A stretch of DNA of 27,167 bases from Candidatus Bathyarchaeia archaeon (lineage in GTDB: Archaea > Thermoproteota > CALKCG01 > B24), in NCBI GenBank assembly GCA_038851915.1, contig JAWCKO010000002.1, positions 1 to 27,167 on the forward strand, in the 5' to 3' direction. This document shows, piece by piece, positions 9,418 through 18,430 of this stretch (its first letter is position 1; every line of letters begins with the position of its first letter). The translations under genes were made by a program, and so were the position numbers. The notes under the pieces were generated by a model. It saw only the letters and a list, made by a program, of their open reading frames with translations, was not told the DNA's origin and did not search any database.

Positions 9418-10962
9418 CTACTTTCCTCCTTTAATCTTCTCATAGTCTACTAGAAGAGTATTCATACCGTTTAAAACGGCTTCTACACTTGCCATAACTA
9501 TATCCCCCCTAGCACCCATAGCCGTAACAATTCTAGCACCTTTCCTAAGCCTTACAGAGACTTCAACAACAGCGTCAGTCCCTCCAGTTATAGCTTTCAC
9601 GTGGTATTCTTCAAGTTGAATAGGCTCTACTGCTGAAACGGCTTTCCTGATGGCGTTTATAGCGGCGTCTACTGGACCTACACCTGTAGCCGATTCCGTA
9701 ATAACTTTACCGTTTAAAGCAAGCTTAACAGAAGCAGTTGGTGTAATCCTATTACCTGTTACAACTGTAAGTTCTCTCAACTGTATAGGTCTGACCTTAG
9801 GTAGACCTAAAACGGCTTCAGCTATGGCTTGAAGATCGGTATCTGTAACCTGCTTTCCCTTATCGCCTAGTGTTTTAATCCTCTTGAGGATTTCTGAAAG
9901 CTGTTCTTTCGTCACAGTTAAACCCATGCTTCTAAGTACTGCTTCAATACCGTGTGAACCAGCATGCTTACCTACAGCTATGCGTCTAGACGCCCCTACT
10001 AACTCCGGCGGGATAGGCTCATACGTCGCTGGATTCAATAAGACACCGTGAGTATGTATTCCAGACTCATGGGTAAACGCATTATCGCCTACTATGGCTT
10101 TATTAGGTTGGAGAAATATGCCCGTGAGTCTTGAAACGAGCCTAGACGTTTCATATACAAGCTCCACGCGGATGTTAAGTTTACAACCGTATAAGACGTT
10201 TAAAGCTACTACTAGCTCTTCTAAAGCGGCATTCCCCGCCCGCTCCCCCAGCCCATTAACTGTAACATGGATTTCCTGGGCTCCGCTTCTAAGAGCAGCT
10301 ATAGAGTTTGAAACAGCCAATCCGAAGTCGTTGTGGCAGTGAATGGCTAGAGGAATTTTCAAATTAGTTGAAAGTCTACGGACGATTTCACTCGTTTTTT
10401 CGACTGTCAACACTCCTACTGTATCACATAGACATGCTCTATCGGCTCCACACTCTACGGCTTTAGTGAAGACTCTCTCGAGAAAATCTACGTCGCTTCT
10501 GCTTCCATCTTCTGCGAGAAATTCTACTGTTAATCCTCTACTCTTAGCATAGGTTACAGATTCCTCAGTACTTCTTAAAATGTAATCCCTATCCTTCTTA
10601 AGCTTGTAAGTTATATGTAGGTCTGAGGTTGGTAGAGTTAAAGTTACGCCGTCAACACCAGCGTCTGCAGCAGAATCTATATCTGACTTAACACCCCTAC
10701 TGAAACTGTAGACTTTGGCTCTCAATCCTTGGGAAGATATGAGTTTCACCGCTTCAAACTCCCCTTGAGATGCGGCGGCGAAACCAGCTTCTATAAAGTC
10801 TACTCCAAATTCATCAAGTTTAACAGCTATTCTAAGTTTTTTCTCAGGGGTAAGGGATACGCCAGGCGTCTGTTCTCCATCTCTCAACGTAGTATCTAAG
10901 ATAAGTATTTTTGAAGGGAAGCCACTACAGTTTGACGATAAAATACCACCCCATTGCAACAC
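9418..10962 (-). CDS. cimA: (R)-citramalate synthase (archaeal CimA; LeuA/CimA family)
   Basis: DTTLRDGEQTPGVSLT, HCHNDFG and GERAGNA motifs. The C-terminal ELTVVTGNRITPTASVKL and GVGPVDAAINA...GGTDA segments resemble methanogen CimA as I recall it; LeuA is not excluded. The start is uncertain. Confidence 0.75.
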   Translation of the reverse strand: MLQWGGILSSNCSGFPSKILILDTTLRDGEQTPGVSLTPEKKLRIAVKLDEFGVDFIEAGFAAASQGEFEAVKLISSQGLRAKVYSFSRGVKSDIDSAADAGVDGVTLTLPTSDLHITYKLKKDRDYILRSTEESVTYAKSRGLTVEFLAEDGSRSDVDFLERVFTKAVECGADRACLCDTVGVLTVEKTSEIVRRLSTNLKIPLAIHCHNDFGLAVSNSIAALRSGAQEIHVTVNGLGERAGNAALEELVVALNVLYGCKLNIRVELVYETSRLVSRLTGIFLQPNKAIVGDNAFTHESGIHTHGVLLNPATYEPIPPELVGASRRIAVGKHAGSHGIEAVLRSMGLTVTKEQLSEILKRIKTLGDKGKQVTDTDLQAIAEAVLGLPKVRPIQLRELTVVTGNRITPTASVKLALNGKVITESATGVGPVDAAINAIRKAVSAVEPIQLEEYHVKAITGGTDAVVEVSVRLRKGARIVTAMGARGDIVMASVEAVLNGMNTLLVDYEKIKGGK

Positions 10963-11002
10963 CTCTAGAGGAACACAAAACCTATTAAATGCATACCCCC
11001 GA

Positions 11003-11016
11003 TATTTAAGCTTTTA
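11003..11016 (-). promoter_or_regulatory. Candidate BRE + TATA box for the cimA-ilvBNC operon
   Basis: The minus strand reads TAAAAG-CTTAAATA, about 40 nt upstream of the cimA 5' region. Confidence 0.4.
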
Positions 11017-11090
11017 CATTGAAACCTTGTTTATGCTAAAGCTTATAGGTGTTTCCGCAGATTGAACTATTGCGTGATTTTAAATTGAAT

Positions 11091-12740
11091 GTGTTAAGAA
11101 GCTGTGAGATTAAAACTGGTTTAAATAGGGCTCATCACAGAGGACTATTGTATGCTTTAGGAGTAGATGTAGAAGATTTGGAAAAACCGTTCATAGGCAT
11201 TGCAAACAGTTATACTGACATAGTTCCAGGCCATATGAATCTTAGACGTTTAGTGGAGGCGGTTAAAGAAGGGGTTTGGAGAGGAGGAGGGGTTCCATTT
11301 GAATTCAATACGATAGCCGTATGTGATGGGTTGGCCATGGGTCACTTAGGTATGAAATATTCTCTTCCATCTCGAGAACTCATAGCTAACAGCATTGAAA
11401 TTATGGTTGAGTCCCATAGATTAGATGGACTTGTGCTTTTAACAAACTGTGATAAAATAACCCCTGGAATGTTGATTGCCGCCGCTAGACTCAACATACC
11501 AAGCATAGTTTTAACTGGTGGGCCTATGGGTTCAGGGAGATGGAGAGGTAGAAAGACTGGAATACTAACAGTCGTTGAGGCTGTTGGTGAAGTATTGGGG
11601 AAGCGTTTAAGTGAAGAAGAGCTTAGAGAGCTCGAGAAGATAGCATGTCCTACATGTGGCTCCTGCAACGGACTGTTTACGGCAAACACTATGGCGTGTT
11701 TATCTGAAGCATTGGGCATGGCTCTACCATATACTGCTACCACTCCAGCATACTATTCGAGTAGAATTTCACTAGCTAGGAAAGTCGGTGAACAGATCGT
11801 TAAATTGGTTCACAAGGGTTTAATACCATCCCGGATAATGTCTTTAGAAGCATTCGAAAACGCTATAATAGTGGACATGGCTTTAGGCGGCTCCACCAAT
11901 ACAGTGCTTCACCTCCCAGCGATAGCCGAGGAACTTGACATAGAAATATCTCTAGACCTATTCGATGAGATAAGCCGTAGGGTTCCCCATTTAGCTAATC
12001 TAATAGGTTCCGGGGGAGAGATGGATATGGAGGATTTCCATGGAGCTGGAGGTGTTCCGGCACTTATGAGCGAATTGAAGACACTACTACACTTAGACAC
12101 TTTAACTGTTACATTTAAAACGCTCGGAGAAAACCTAGCCAATATCAGAGTTTTAGACCATAGTGTTATAAGTCCTATCAGTAACCCCTTGAAAAGTGAA
12201 GGCGGAATAGCAGTACTTAAAGGATCGCTTGCTCCTCAGGGTGCTATTGTTAAAGCTTCAGCCGTTTCTGAGAACGCGAAAGTGTTCATAGGGCCTGCCG
12301 TAGTATTTAATGGGCAGGATGAAGCTTTAAAAGCCATAGAAGACGGTAAAATAGAAAGAGGCTCGGTCATAGTAATAAGGTATGAGGGAATAATGGGAGG
12401 TCCAGGTATGCAGGAAATGCTTATACCGACTGCTTTAATATACGGTATGGGGCTATCAGATGATATTGCCCTTGTAACAGATGGCCGTTTCTCAGGAGCA
12501 ACTAGGGGGCCATGCGTAGGACATGTATCGCCTGAAGCCTATGAAGGAGGTCCTATTGCTTTCGTTGAAAATGGGGATGGGATTGAGATAAACATACCTA
12601 AGAGGGCTCTCAATTTAAGTGTTGGTGAAGATGTTCTTGATGAGCGTAAGCGTAAATGGATGAGACCTGAGAAAAAGCTGAGAGGTTTCTTAGCCGAGTA
12701 TGTAGCTGTTAAAAGGGCTAAAAGGCAGACAAAAGATTGA
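11091..12740 (+). CDS. ilvD: Dihydroxy-acid dehydratase
   Basis: KPFIGIANSY, CDGLAMGH, CDKITPG, CPTCGSC..LFTANTM and TDGRFSGATRG motifs. The likely start is GTG 11091 (MLRSCEIK); the ORF extends to 11049. Confidence 0.95.
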   Translation: MLRSCEIKTGLNRAHHRGLLYALGVDVEDLEKPFIGIANSYTDIVPGHMNLRRLVEAVKEGVWRGGGVPFEFNTIAVCDGLAMGHLGMKYSLPSRELIANSIEIMVESHRLDGLVLLTNCDKITPGMLIAAARLNIPSIVLTGGPMGSGRWRGRKTGILTVVEAVGEVLGKRLSEEELRELEKIACPTCGSCNGLFTANTMACLSEALGMALPYTATTPAYYSSRISLARKVGEQIVKLVHKGLIPSRIMSLEAFENAIIVDMALGGSTNTVLHLPAIAEELDIEISLDLFDEISRRVPHLANLIGSGGEMDMEDFHGAGGVPALMSELKTLLHLDTLTVTFKTLGENLANIRVLDHSVISPISNPLKSEGGIAVLKGSLAPQGAIVKASAVSENAKVFIGPAVVFNGQDEALKAIEDGKIERGSVIVIRYEGIMGGPGMQEMLIPTALIYGMGLSDDIALVTDGRFSGATRGPCVGHVSPEAYEGGPIAFVENGDGIEINIPKRALNLSVGEDVLDERKRKWMRPEKKLRGFLAEYVAVKRAKRQTKD

Positions 12741-12753
12741 GCTTAGCCTAAAA

Positions 12754-13968
12754 TCATAAACCGGTTAAAGCCCATTGGATAGCGCTCTTCAAGTATTTCT
12801 CTATGCTAGCCGGTAGCTCCGATAATCCAGATTCTAAGAAACCTCCGACAATTAAAGATACAGCCTCTTCTCTAGTAAACCCTCTAGTTTGCAAATAGAA
12901 TATTTCTTCTTCCGATATCTTACCTATGGCAGCTTCATGTGTAAGTTCAACGTTTTTAGCTCTAGCCTCCAACTCTGGAATGGCTACTATTGAGGCGTTA
13001 TCTGAAACTATTATACCATTACATTCCGTATGTCCTCTAACATTGTCGATTTTAGCCGTTATTCTACTCCTAGCCATGGTTTCGGAAGATCCACCTCCAA
13101 CAACTCTCGATAGGATTCTACAGTTCGACCCCTTAGACTCCAGACTGACATTTGAACCCACGTCTATACTTGCATTTCCAGACCCTAGTACTACAGATGT
13201 AGATATTGTTGAAGAACCTTCTCCAACCAATCTAATAAATGGATACGTCTGTATAGAAGTCGCTGGCTTTAGAACTACGTAATTACTTATAAAACGACCT
13301 CCATCTTCTACTAAAACAGCGGTTCTAGGTCTAACATGCGAAGCTCTACTCCAACTATGTATCATGGTAAATGTCACAGTAGCATTCCTTCTTACGTAAA
13401 ACTCTGAAATTCCAACGTGAAGGCCAAAGCTTTCAGGAGCGGAAATACATCCAGTAATCACATGTAGATTCGTCTCCTCCCCAGCAATTACTATATTATG
13501 TGGAGTTTGAAGGCTTCTAGGGCTTTTAACCAATAGACATGCCTGGATCGGTTTATCAGATTTAAACCCTTTTTCTGCGACTATTACATAACCGCTTTCC
13601 TCATAAAGGGTTGCTAAAGCTGTAAACTTATCCAAGTCTACTGGGATAAGTCTCCAATAAAAATCTCTTAAGAAGTCTAATTGTTTGACCGCCTCTTTAA
13701 GGTTTAAAATTGTTAACCCGCTTCTACGGCTTTGACTGTAGACGGCTGTCTGATCGATTTGAATATAACTTCCTAGCACATTATTCTCATCTACACTTAA
13801 ACCCACGGATTCCATACTACTACCAAGTTCATCATCTAATGCTTCAAAACATCCACCTTTTAAATTCGCATGCTTTGGCGCGTACTCAGATACATCTAGG
13901 TCTATGCCGTAGACAGACTTCTTAGTTAAAGCTTCTTCTGCCCTCCTTTTTAACGTTTCACTCGGCAT
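12754..13968 (-). CDS. smsB: SufB/SufD-family Fe-S scaffold (SmsB)
   Basis: HVITGC, HVGISEFY, FTMIHSW, GHTECNG, LTHEAAIGKI and YLQTRG motifs; it lies directly downstream of a SufC-like ATPase. Confidence 0.88.
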   Translation of the reverse strand: MPSETLKRRAEEALTKKSVYGIDLDVSEYAPKHANLKGGCFEALDDELGSSMESVGLSVDENNVLGSYIQIDQTAVYSQSRRSGLTILNLKEAVKQLDFLRDFYWRLIPVDLDKFTALATLYEESGYVIVAEKGFKSDKPIQACLLVKSPRSLQTPHNIVIAGEETNLHVITGCISAPESFGLHVGISEFYVRRNATVTFTMIHSWSRASHVRPRTAVLVEDGGRFISNYVVLKPATSIQTYPFIRLVGEGSSTISTSVVLGSGNASIDVGSNVSLESKGSNCRILSRVVGGGSSETMARSRITAKIDNVRGHTECNGIIVSDNASIVAIPELEARAKNVELTHEAAIGKISEEEIFYLQTRGFTREEAVSLIVGGFLESGLSELPASIEKYLKSAIQWALTGL

Positions 13969-13976
13969 TAGACAGT

Positions 13977-14732
13977 TTATCCCCCTCTAGACTTCTCATA
14001 GCATGATTTACACTTTTCAAATCCATCTCTAAAAACCCTTTTAATAACGTCTTCACCCTTCCCATAGCAAACGATTTCACCGTTCAACATGATATATGCT
14101 CGCGACGGGTTAACGTATTTAGCTAAAGCACCAGTGTGAGTTACTATCAGTATGGATCTTTTTGTACTTAGAAGATCGTCGTCTTCATGGAGGAATTCAT
14201 CTAAAGTCTTACCTATCACAGCTAAATTTTCAATATCCACTCCAGAGTCTGGCTCATCTAGGAGGAGGAGTTTAGGCCTTTGAAGAAGCGCTAATAGAAT
14301 TTCAAACCTCTTCGCTTCTCCTCCACTAAAACCTACGTAGAGCTCCCTATCCAAGAACTCTTCAAGTTTAAGAATTGAAACAAGACTCTCCACGTAACTT
14401 CTATGAACGTTAAACCTCTTAGAAACATCCTCCAAAAGCCTACCAGCTTTAAGACCCTTTATCTTAGGAGGTAACTGGAACGATGCAGCAATACCGATCT
14501 TAGCTCTCTCCTCCGGTTTAAGTATAGTTATCTCGAAACCCTGTGATACAATGCTACCTTTCAAGACTTTATAGATTGGGTTTCCAAGGATAGACTGGAT
14601 GAAGGAGGTTTTACCTGAACCGTTCGGCCCGAGTAGGAATACGGTTTCACCAAAACCTATAGATAGATTTACATCTTTTAAGACAAGTCTACCGGAGACT
14701 TCAACATTTAAATCCTTAACCTCTAGGATCAT
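13977..14732 (-). CDS. smsC: SufC-like ABC ATPase (SmsC)
   Basis: GPNGSGKT, GFSGGE and LLLLDEPDSGVD motifs, with a C-terminal C-X18-C-X2-C. Confidence 0.88.
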   Translation of the reverse strand: MILEVKDLNVEVSGRLVLKDVNLSIGFGETVFLLGPNGSGKTSFIQSILGNPIYKVLKGSIVSQGFEITILKPEERAKIGIAASFQLPPKIKGLKAGRLLEDVSKRFNVHRSYVESLVSILKLEEFLDRELYVGFSGGEAKRFEILLALLQRPKLLLLDEPDSGVDIENLAVIGKTLDEFLHEDDDLLSTKRSILIVTHTGALAKYVNPSRAYIMLNGEIVCYGKGEDVIKRVFRDGFEKCKSCYEKSRGG

Positions 14733-14840
14733 GTCTTCAAATCTACTGAAGATTGTTTAACATATTTAATCGTTACTATCTTCAATATAGTAGGAGACAG
14801 TTAAATACTTATTTGAAGAAAACACGTTTTAGGTGTATGT

Positions 14841-16073
14841 ATGGGTAAACTTGCCATTAACGGTGGAGAACCAATTAGGAGAAAACCATTCCCAAGGTGG
14901 CCTGTTTTCGATGAAAGAGAGTACGAGGCTTTGAAAGAAGTTCTCGAGAGTGGGGTTTGGGGTATAGGGGGATTGAAGAAGCCTAAGTTTGAAAAGGCTT
15001 TTGCTGAGTATCAGCATGCTAAGTATGGTATAGCCGTTACAAATGGAACAGCTGCACTAGTGATTTCTCTTAAAGCATGTGAAATTGGATGTGGAGATGA
15101 AGTTGTAGTGCCACCTTACACTTTCATGGCAACAGTTACAGCCGTTTTAGACGTTAATGCGATACCTATCTTCGCAGATATTGAGCTTGATACTTACACA
15201 CTGGATCCAAATAGCGTTGAGGAACGGATTTCTGAGCGGACTAAAGCCATAATACCGGTCCACATCGGCGGGAGGCCGGCTAATATGGATGATTTAACCC
15301 GTGTAGCTAGAAAATACGATCTTAGAATTATTGAGGATGCTTGTCAAGCATGGGGGTCTGAGTGGCGTAACAGAAGGGTTGGCTCTATAGGGGATTTAGG
15401 GGCATTCAGCTTCCAATCTAGTAAGAATGTAACTAGTGGTGAGGGAGGCATGATCGTTACAAACGATAGAGATCTATACGTTAAAGCCTGGAGTCTCCAT
15501 AACTGCGGTAGGTTGCCCAGTGGAGAATGGTATGAACATTATCTACCTGGTGGAAACTATAGGATGACGGAGTTTCAAGCAGCCATATTGCTTGTGCAAC
15601 TTTCCAGGTATGATGAACATGTTAAGCTTAGGATGGAGAATGCCTCCTACCTAGATGGTAAGCTTTCAAAAATCGATGGTTTAAAAATCATGAGGATGGA
15701 TGAGAGAGTTACTAGGAATGCATATCACCTGTACATTTTAAGATATGACCCTGAAGCATTCAACGGTTTACCTAAGGCAAGGTTCACAGAAGTTTTGAGG
15801 GCTGAAGGCATACCTTTAAGCCCAGGCTACAGTAGGCCTCTCTATAAGGAACCTTACCTAAACTACTACGTTAAATGTCCTCTCTCATGTCCATTCTACG
15901 GGAAAAGCCTAGACTACTCAAAGATTCGTCTACCCAAAGCTGAAAAAGCCTGCTATATTGAGGGTGTATGGCTCCCCCAATACGTCTTATTGGGTTCGAG
16001 AGAAGACATGGATGATATAGTAGCGTCTTTTGAAAAAGTCAGAGAAAACATCGATGAATTAAAACATTTTTAA
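14841..16073 (+). CDS. DegT/DnrJ/EryC1/StrS family PLP-dependent aminotransferase
   Basis: TNGTAAL, IIEDACQAWG, FSFQSSKNVTSGEGG (PLP lysine) and GNYRMTEFQAA motifs. SD AGGTG lies 5 nt upstream of the ATG. Confidence 0.92.
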   Translation: MGKLAINGGEPIRRKPFPRWPVFDEREYEALKEVLESGVWGIGGLKKPKFEKAFAEYQHAKYGIAVTNGTAALVISLKACEIGCGDEVVVPPYTFMATVTAVLDVNAIPIFADIELDTYTLDPNSVEERISERTKAIIPVHIGGRPANMDDLTRVARKYDLRIIEDACQAWGSEWRNRRVGSIGDLGAFSFQSSKNVTSGEGGMIVTNDRDLYVKAWSLHNCGRLPSGEWYEHYLPGGNYRMTEFQAAILLVQLSRYDEHVKLRMENASYLDGKLSKIDGLKIMRMDERVTRNAYHLYILRYDPEAFNGLPKARFTEVLRAEGIPLSPGYSRPLYKEPYLNYYVKCPLSCPFYGKSLDYSKIRLPKAEKACYIEGVWLPQYVLLGSREDMDDIVASFEKVRENIDELKHF

Positions 16074-16942
16074 GGAGCTAGAAAATTTAATATCGCTAAG
16101 ACTGCGTAGAGAGCTTCTTCTGTTCTAACGGTTAAAGAGCCTTGATGCGGAATGAAGTTTACAGTTAAATCCACATGCTCCTGAAGATTTAAACCTTCTT
16201 TAAGCATTATCTCCGCCAGTCCCTCTCTAGGAGAGCCGAATAAGACTAAGATGTTCGTACTATTTGCAAGACGTATATTCAAATCTTCATAGATCTCTGT
16301 TATAGGCAGTCCATACTTTGAAGTAGCAATTTTAAAAGCACTTTTATACATTTTGAGAATTCCTCCAAGGGAACGATGGATGTTTAAAACTCTATATCCC
16401 CAGTAGACTTGGGCGTCCCTTTTAGAAGTTAATTCGCCAGTCAGTTCATCCGCTCTCTTAAAGACTTTAACCGTAACTCTTGAACCCAGTTTAACCCTAT
16501 TGGGAATCTTAACCAGTTTATCCAATCCAACATCTACGAAGCTTGAAGATCCATCATAGGATACTACTAAGCCTTCTCTAAACTCACCATCTACAACTTC
16601 TTCTGCCTTTGCAACGGTAGGGTGGTGCGGTGTTCTTAAAGGTGGAAGTAGTCCAGCATATAGTAGATCCTTCTCCATCGGGAAGATTTTAACGCGTAAA
16701 TACTGAGGTGTCTCCATATACGACAGTAGGGATGATACAAGCGATGCGTCTCTTTCCTGATCCTTTAAACCGTAGAGGTCTCTGTAAATTATGACTTCTT
16801 CAACCCTGAATACTGCTAAAGCTCTACCTATAAACCCGGCTTTAATAGTCTTATCTCTTAGGTTTCTAGTTTCACTGATGATTGATGCTGGCAGAGCTAT
16901 GGATAACTTAAACCTCCTCTTTAAAGGGGTAGTTATAGACAT
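16070..16942 (-). CDS. SPOUT-class RNA methyltransferase (DUF171/COG2106, MTH1-like)
   Basis: IGRALAVFRVEEVIIY, YMETPQYLR, GLLPPLRTPHH, YWGY, FGSPREGL and QGSLTVRTEEA motifs. Confidence 0.88.
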   Translation of the reverse strand: MSITTPLKRRFKLSIALPASIISETRNLRDKTIKAGFIGRALAVFRVEEVIIYRDLYGLKDQERDASLVSSLLSYMETPQYLRVKIFPMEKDLLYAGLLPPLRTPHHPTVAKAEEVVDGEFREGLVVSYDGSSSFVDVGLDKLVKIPNRVKLGSRVTVKVFKRADELTGELTSKRDAQVYWGYRVLNIHRSLGGILKMYKSAFKIATSKYGLPITEIYEDLNIRLANSTNILVLFGSPREGLAEIMLKEGLNLQEHVDLTVNFIPHQGSLTVRTEEALYAVLAILNFLAP

Positions 16943-16986
16943 AGATTCAAATAAATCTAAGAATTCTTACAACTTAACTATTCTCC

Positions 16987-17589
16987 TCAGTGGAGTTTGA
17001 ATTTTTCAGATTTAGGCATAATGATGTATCCTTCAGACGGATCGCCGAGGGCTAAATACTTACCTATTCTGTAGAGATAGCCTACGTAGGCCGCGGTAGC
17101 TGCATCAAGCTCATGTATAGATAAATCATCCTTTAATCCCTTCAAACCAAGTCTAATAAGGCCGTTTTTCAACCCCTCTAAGTTGGATTTACCCCTCGAT
17201 ATTCCGAGAACATCTTGTGCTCCACCAGGATAAACTTCAATAGCTTCTAAGCCAACGGCGTTAAGCCTATTCTTAAGAGACATTCCCCTAGATGTAAGCT
17301 TCCTCATAGGGCCTAATGTTATCGGGAAAAACCTTATACCACTATTCAAAAGGATCCTATCGCATTTTCTCAAGTGTGGGCCACTCCGATCTTCCAACGA
17401 GGAACGGTCTTTTGGAAGAAACAATGGTGCGTCTATTGCAGTTACAGAGGGCTTATATGTTAAAATAAGCCTCATTATTTCTTCCTCTGTATATATGTGT
17501 CCAGTTTCAGCCGCTAGATCATCCTGTAGTATGCAGAAACCGGTCGGCCTGTTTTCGACACCAGCTAAATCTAAACCTAGTACAACCAC
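16987..17589 (-). CDS. DUF429 family protein (predicted RNase H-like fold)
   Basis: VLGLDLAG, AIDAPL, LRKCD, IEVYPG and HELDA motifs; GTG start. Confidence 0.75.
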   Translation of the reverse strand: MVVLGLDLAGVENRPTGFCILQDDLAAETGHIYTEEEIMRLILTYKPSVTAIDAPLFLPKDRSSLEDRSGPHLRKCDRILLNSGIRFFPITLGPMRKLTSRGMSLKNRLNAVGLEAIEVYPGGAQDVLGISRGKSNLEGLKNGLIRLGLKGLKDDLSIHELDAATAAYVGYLYRIGKYLALGDPSEGYIIMPKSEKFKLH

Positions 17590-17623
17590 GCTTGTTTAAA
17601 ATGCTATTAAAAGATAAAAATTT

Positions 17624-18232
17624 TTAAGGTTTTACTAATAGCGATTCCTCCCAAGACTTTTCACTGGTTATGATGAGCACATCTATACCGTCTCCACTTG
17701 TAGCATCTCTAGCCATAGCCGCTCGCATGCTTTTAACAACTAGGTTTTTAGAATCATCAAGTAACATATCTGGTCTATACTCAGCCTCTAAAACACCTAA
17801 AGATATCTCAGCTCCAGACCCAACGACTGCATACTCATCTTTTATTACTGAGCCTAGCGGGTCTAAAATGTAGAGACTTGCCCCTTCTTCATCTACACCA
17901 GCGACTAGAGTCTGTGTTAAAAGTGGAAAAAGCCTCCTGTAGAATAGAATTTGAGATGTGAGTTTCGCAAGAGCTCTAACGGTACATGGTCTACTGGTAT
18001 CCAACTCATGAAGCTTCATATTAGCCATTATAAGCTGAACTACAGATTGCATATCTGAAACTAGTCCTGCACATGCTACACCAATTCTATCGGACACTTT
18101 GAAGACCTTCTTAACGGCTTTACTTAAAACGTAACGGCCGTACGTGTAGCGTTTTTCAGAGGCAAGGATAACTCCGTCTTTAAAAACTAGACCAACGGTT
18201 GTAGCACCGGGTATAAGCATCTCCATAGACAT
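17624..18232 (-). CDS. psmB: Proteasome beta subunit, probably the non-catalytic paralog
   Basis: GATTVGLVFKDGVILASEKR, KKVFKV, LDPLGS, GSGA and RDATSGDG motifs. The likely start is ATG 18232; the ORF extends to 18280. Confidence 0.92.
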   Translation of the reverse strand: MSMEMLIPGATTVGLVFKDGVILASEKRYTYGRYVLSKAVKKVFKVSDRIGVACAGLVSDMQSVVQLIMANMKLHELDTSRPCTVRALAKLTSQILFYRRLFPLLTQTLVAGVDEEGASLYILDPLGSVIKDEYAVVGSGAEISLGVLEAEYRPDMLLDDSKNLVVKSMRAAMARDATSGDGIDVLIITSEKSWEESLLVKP

Positions 18233-18430
18233 ATGGAATCGCAAGTATAGAGTAGACAAAAACATTAATAAACATTTCACCGGTTTAAACCATGTAGTTA
18301 TGTGTGTTCTTTGAGATGGTGTTTCTCAGGTAATATTTCTATGAATATATCTCCAGCCAACGTTCATTCATCGACCATTTTAAACGGTTCTCTTCAAAAG
18401 CTTTAATTATTCCAACAATTATGTTAGAAT

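Noticed and set aside
18326-18371. Possible C/D box sRNA on the minus strand (ATGAATGA ... CTGA, 46 nt)
   Set aside because: The C box is non-canonical, there are no convincing internal D'/C' boxes, and it is short. An rRNA/tRNA complementarity search would be needed to revive it.
18279-18388. Loose inverted repeats flanking about 90 nt between psmB and fae-hps as a MITE
   Set aside because: The arms are short, AT-rich and imperfect, with no target-site duplication and no second copy in the window.
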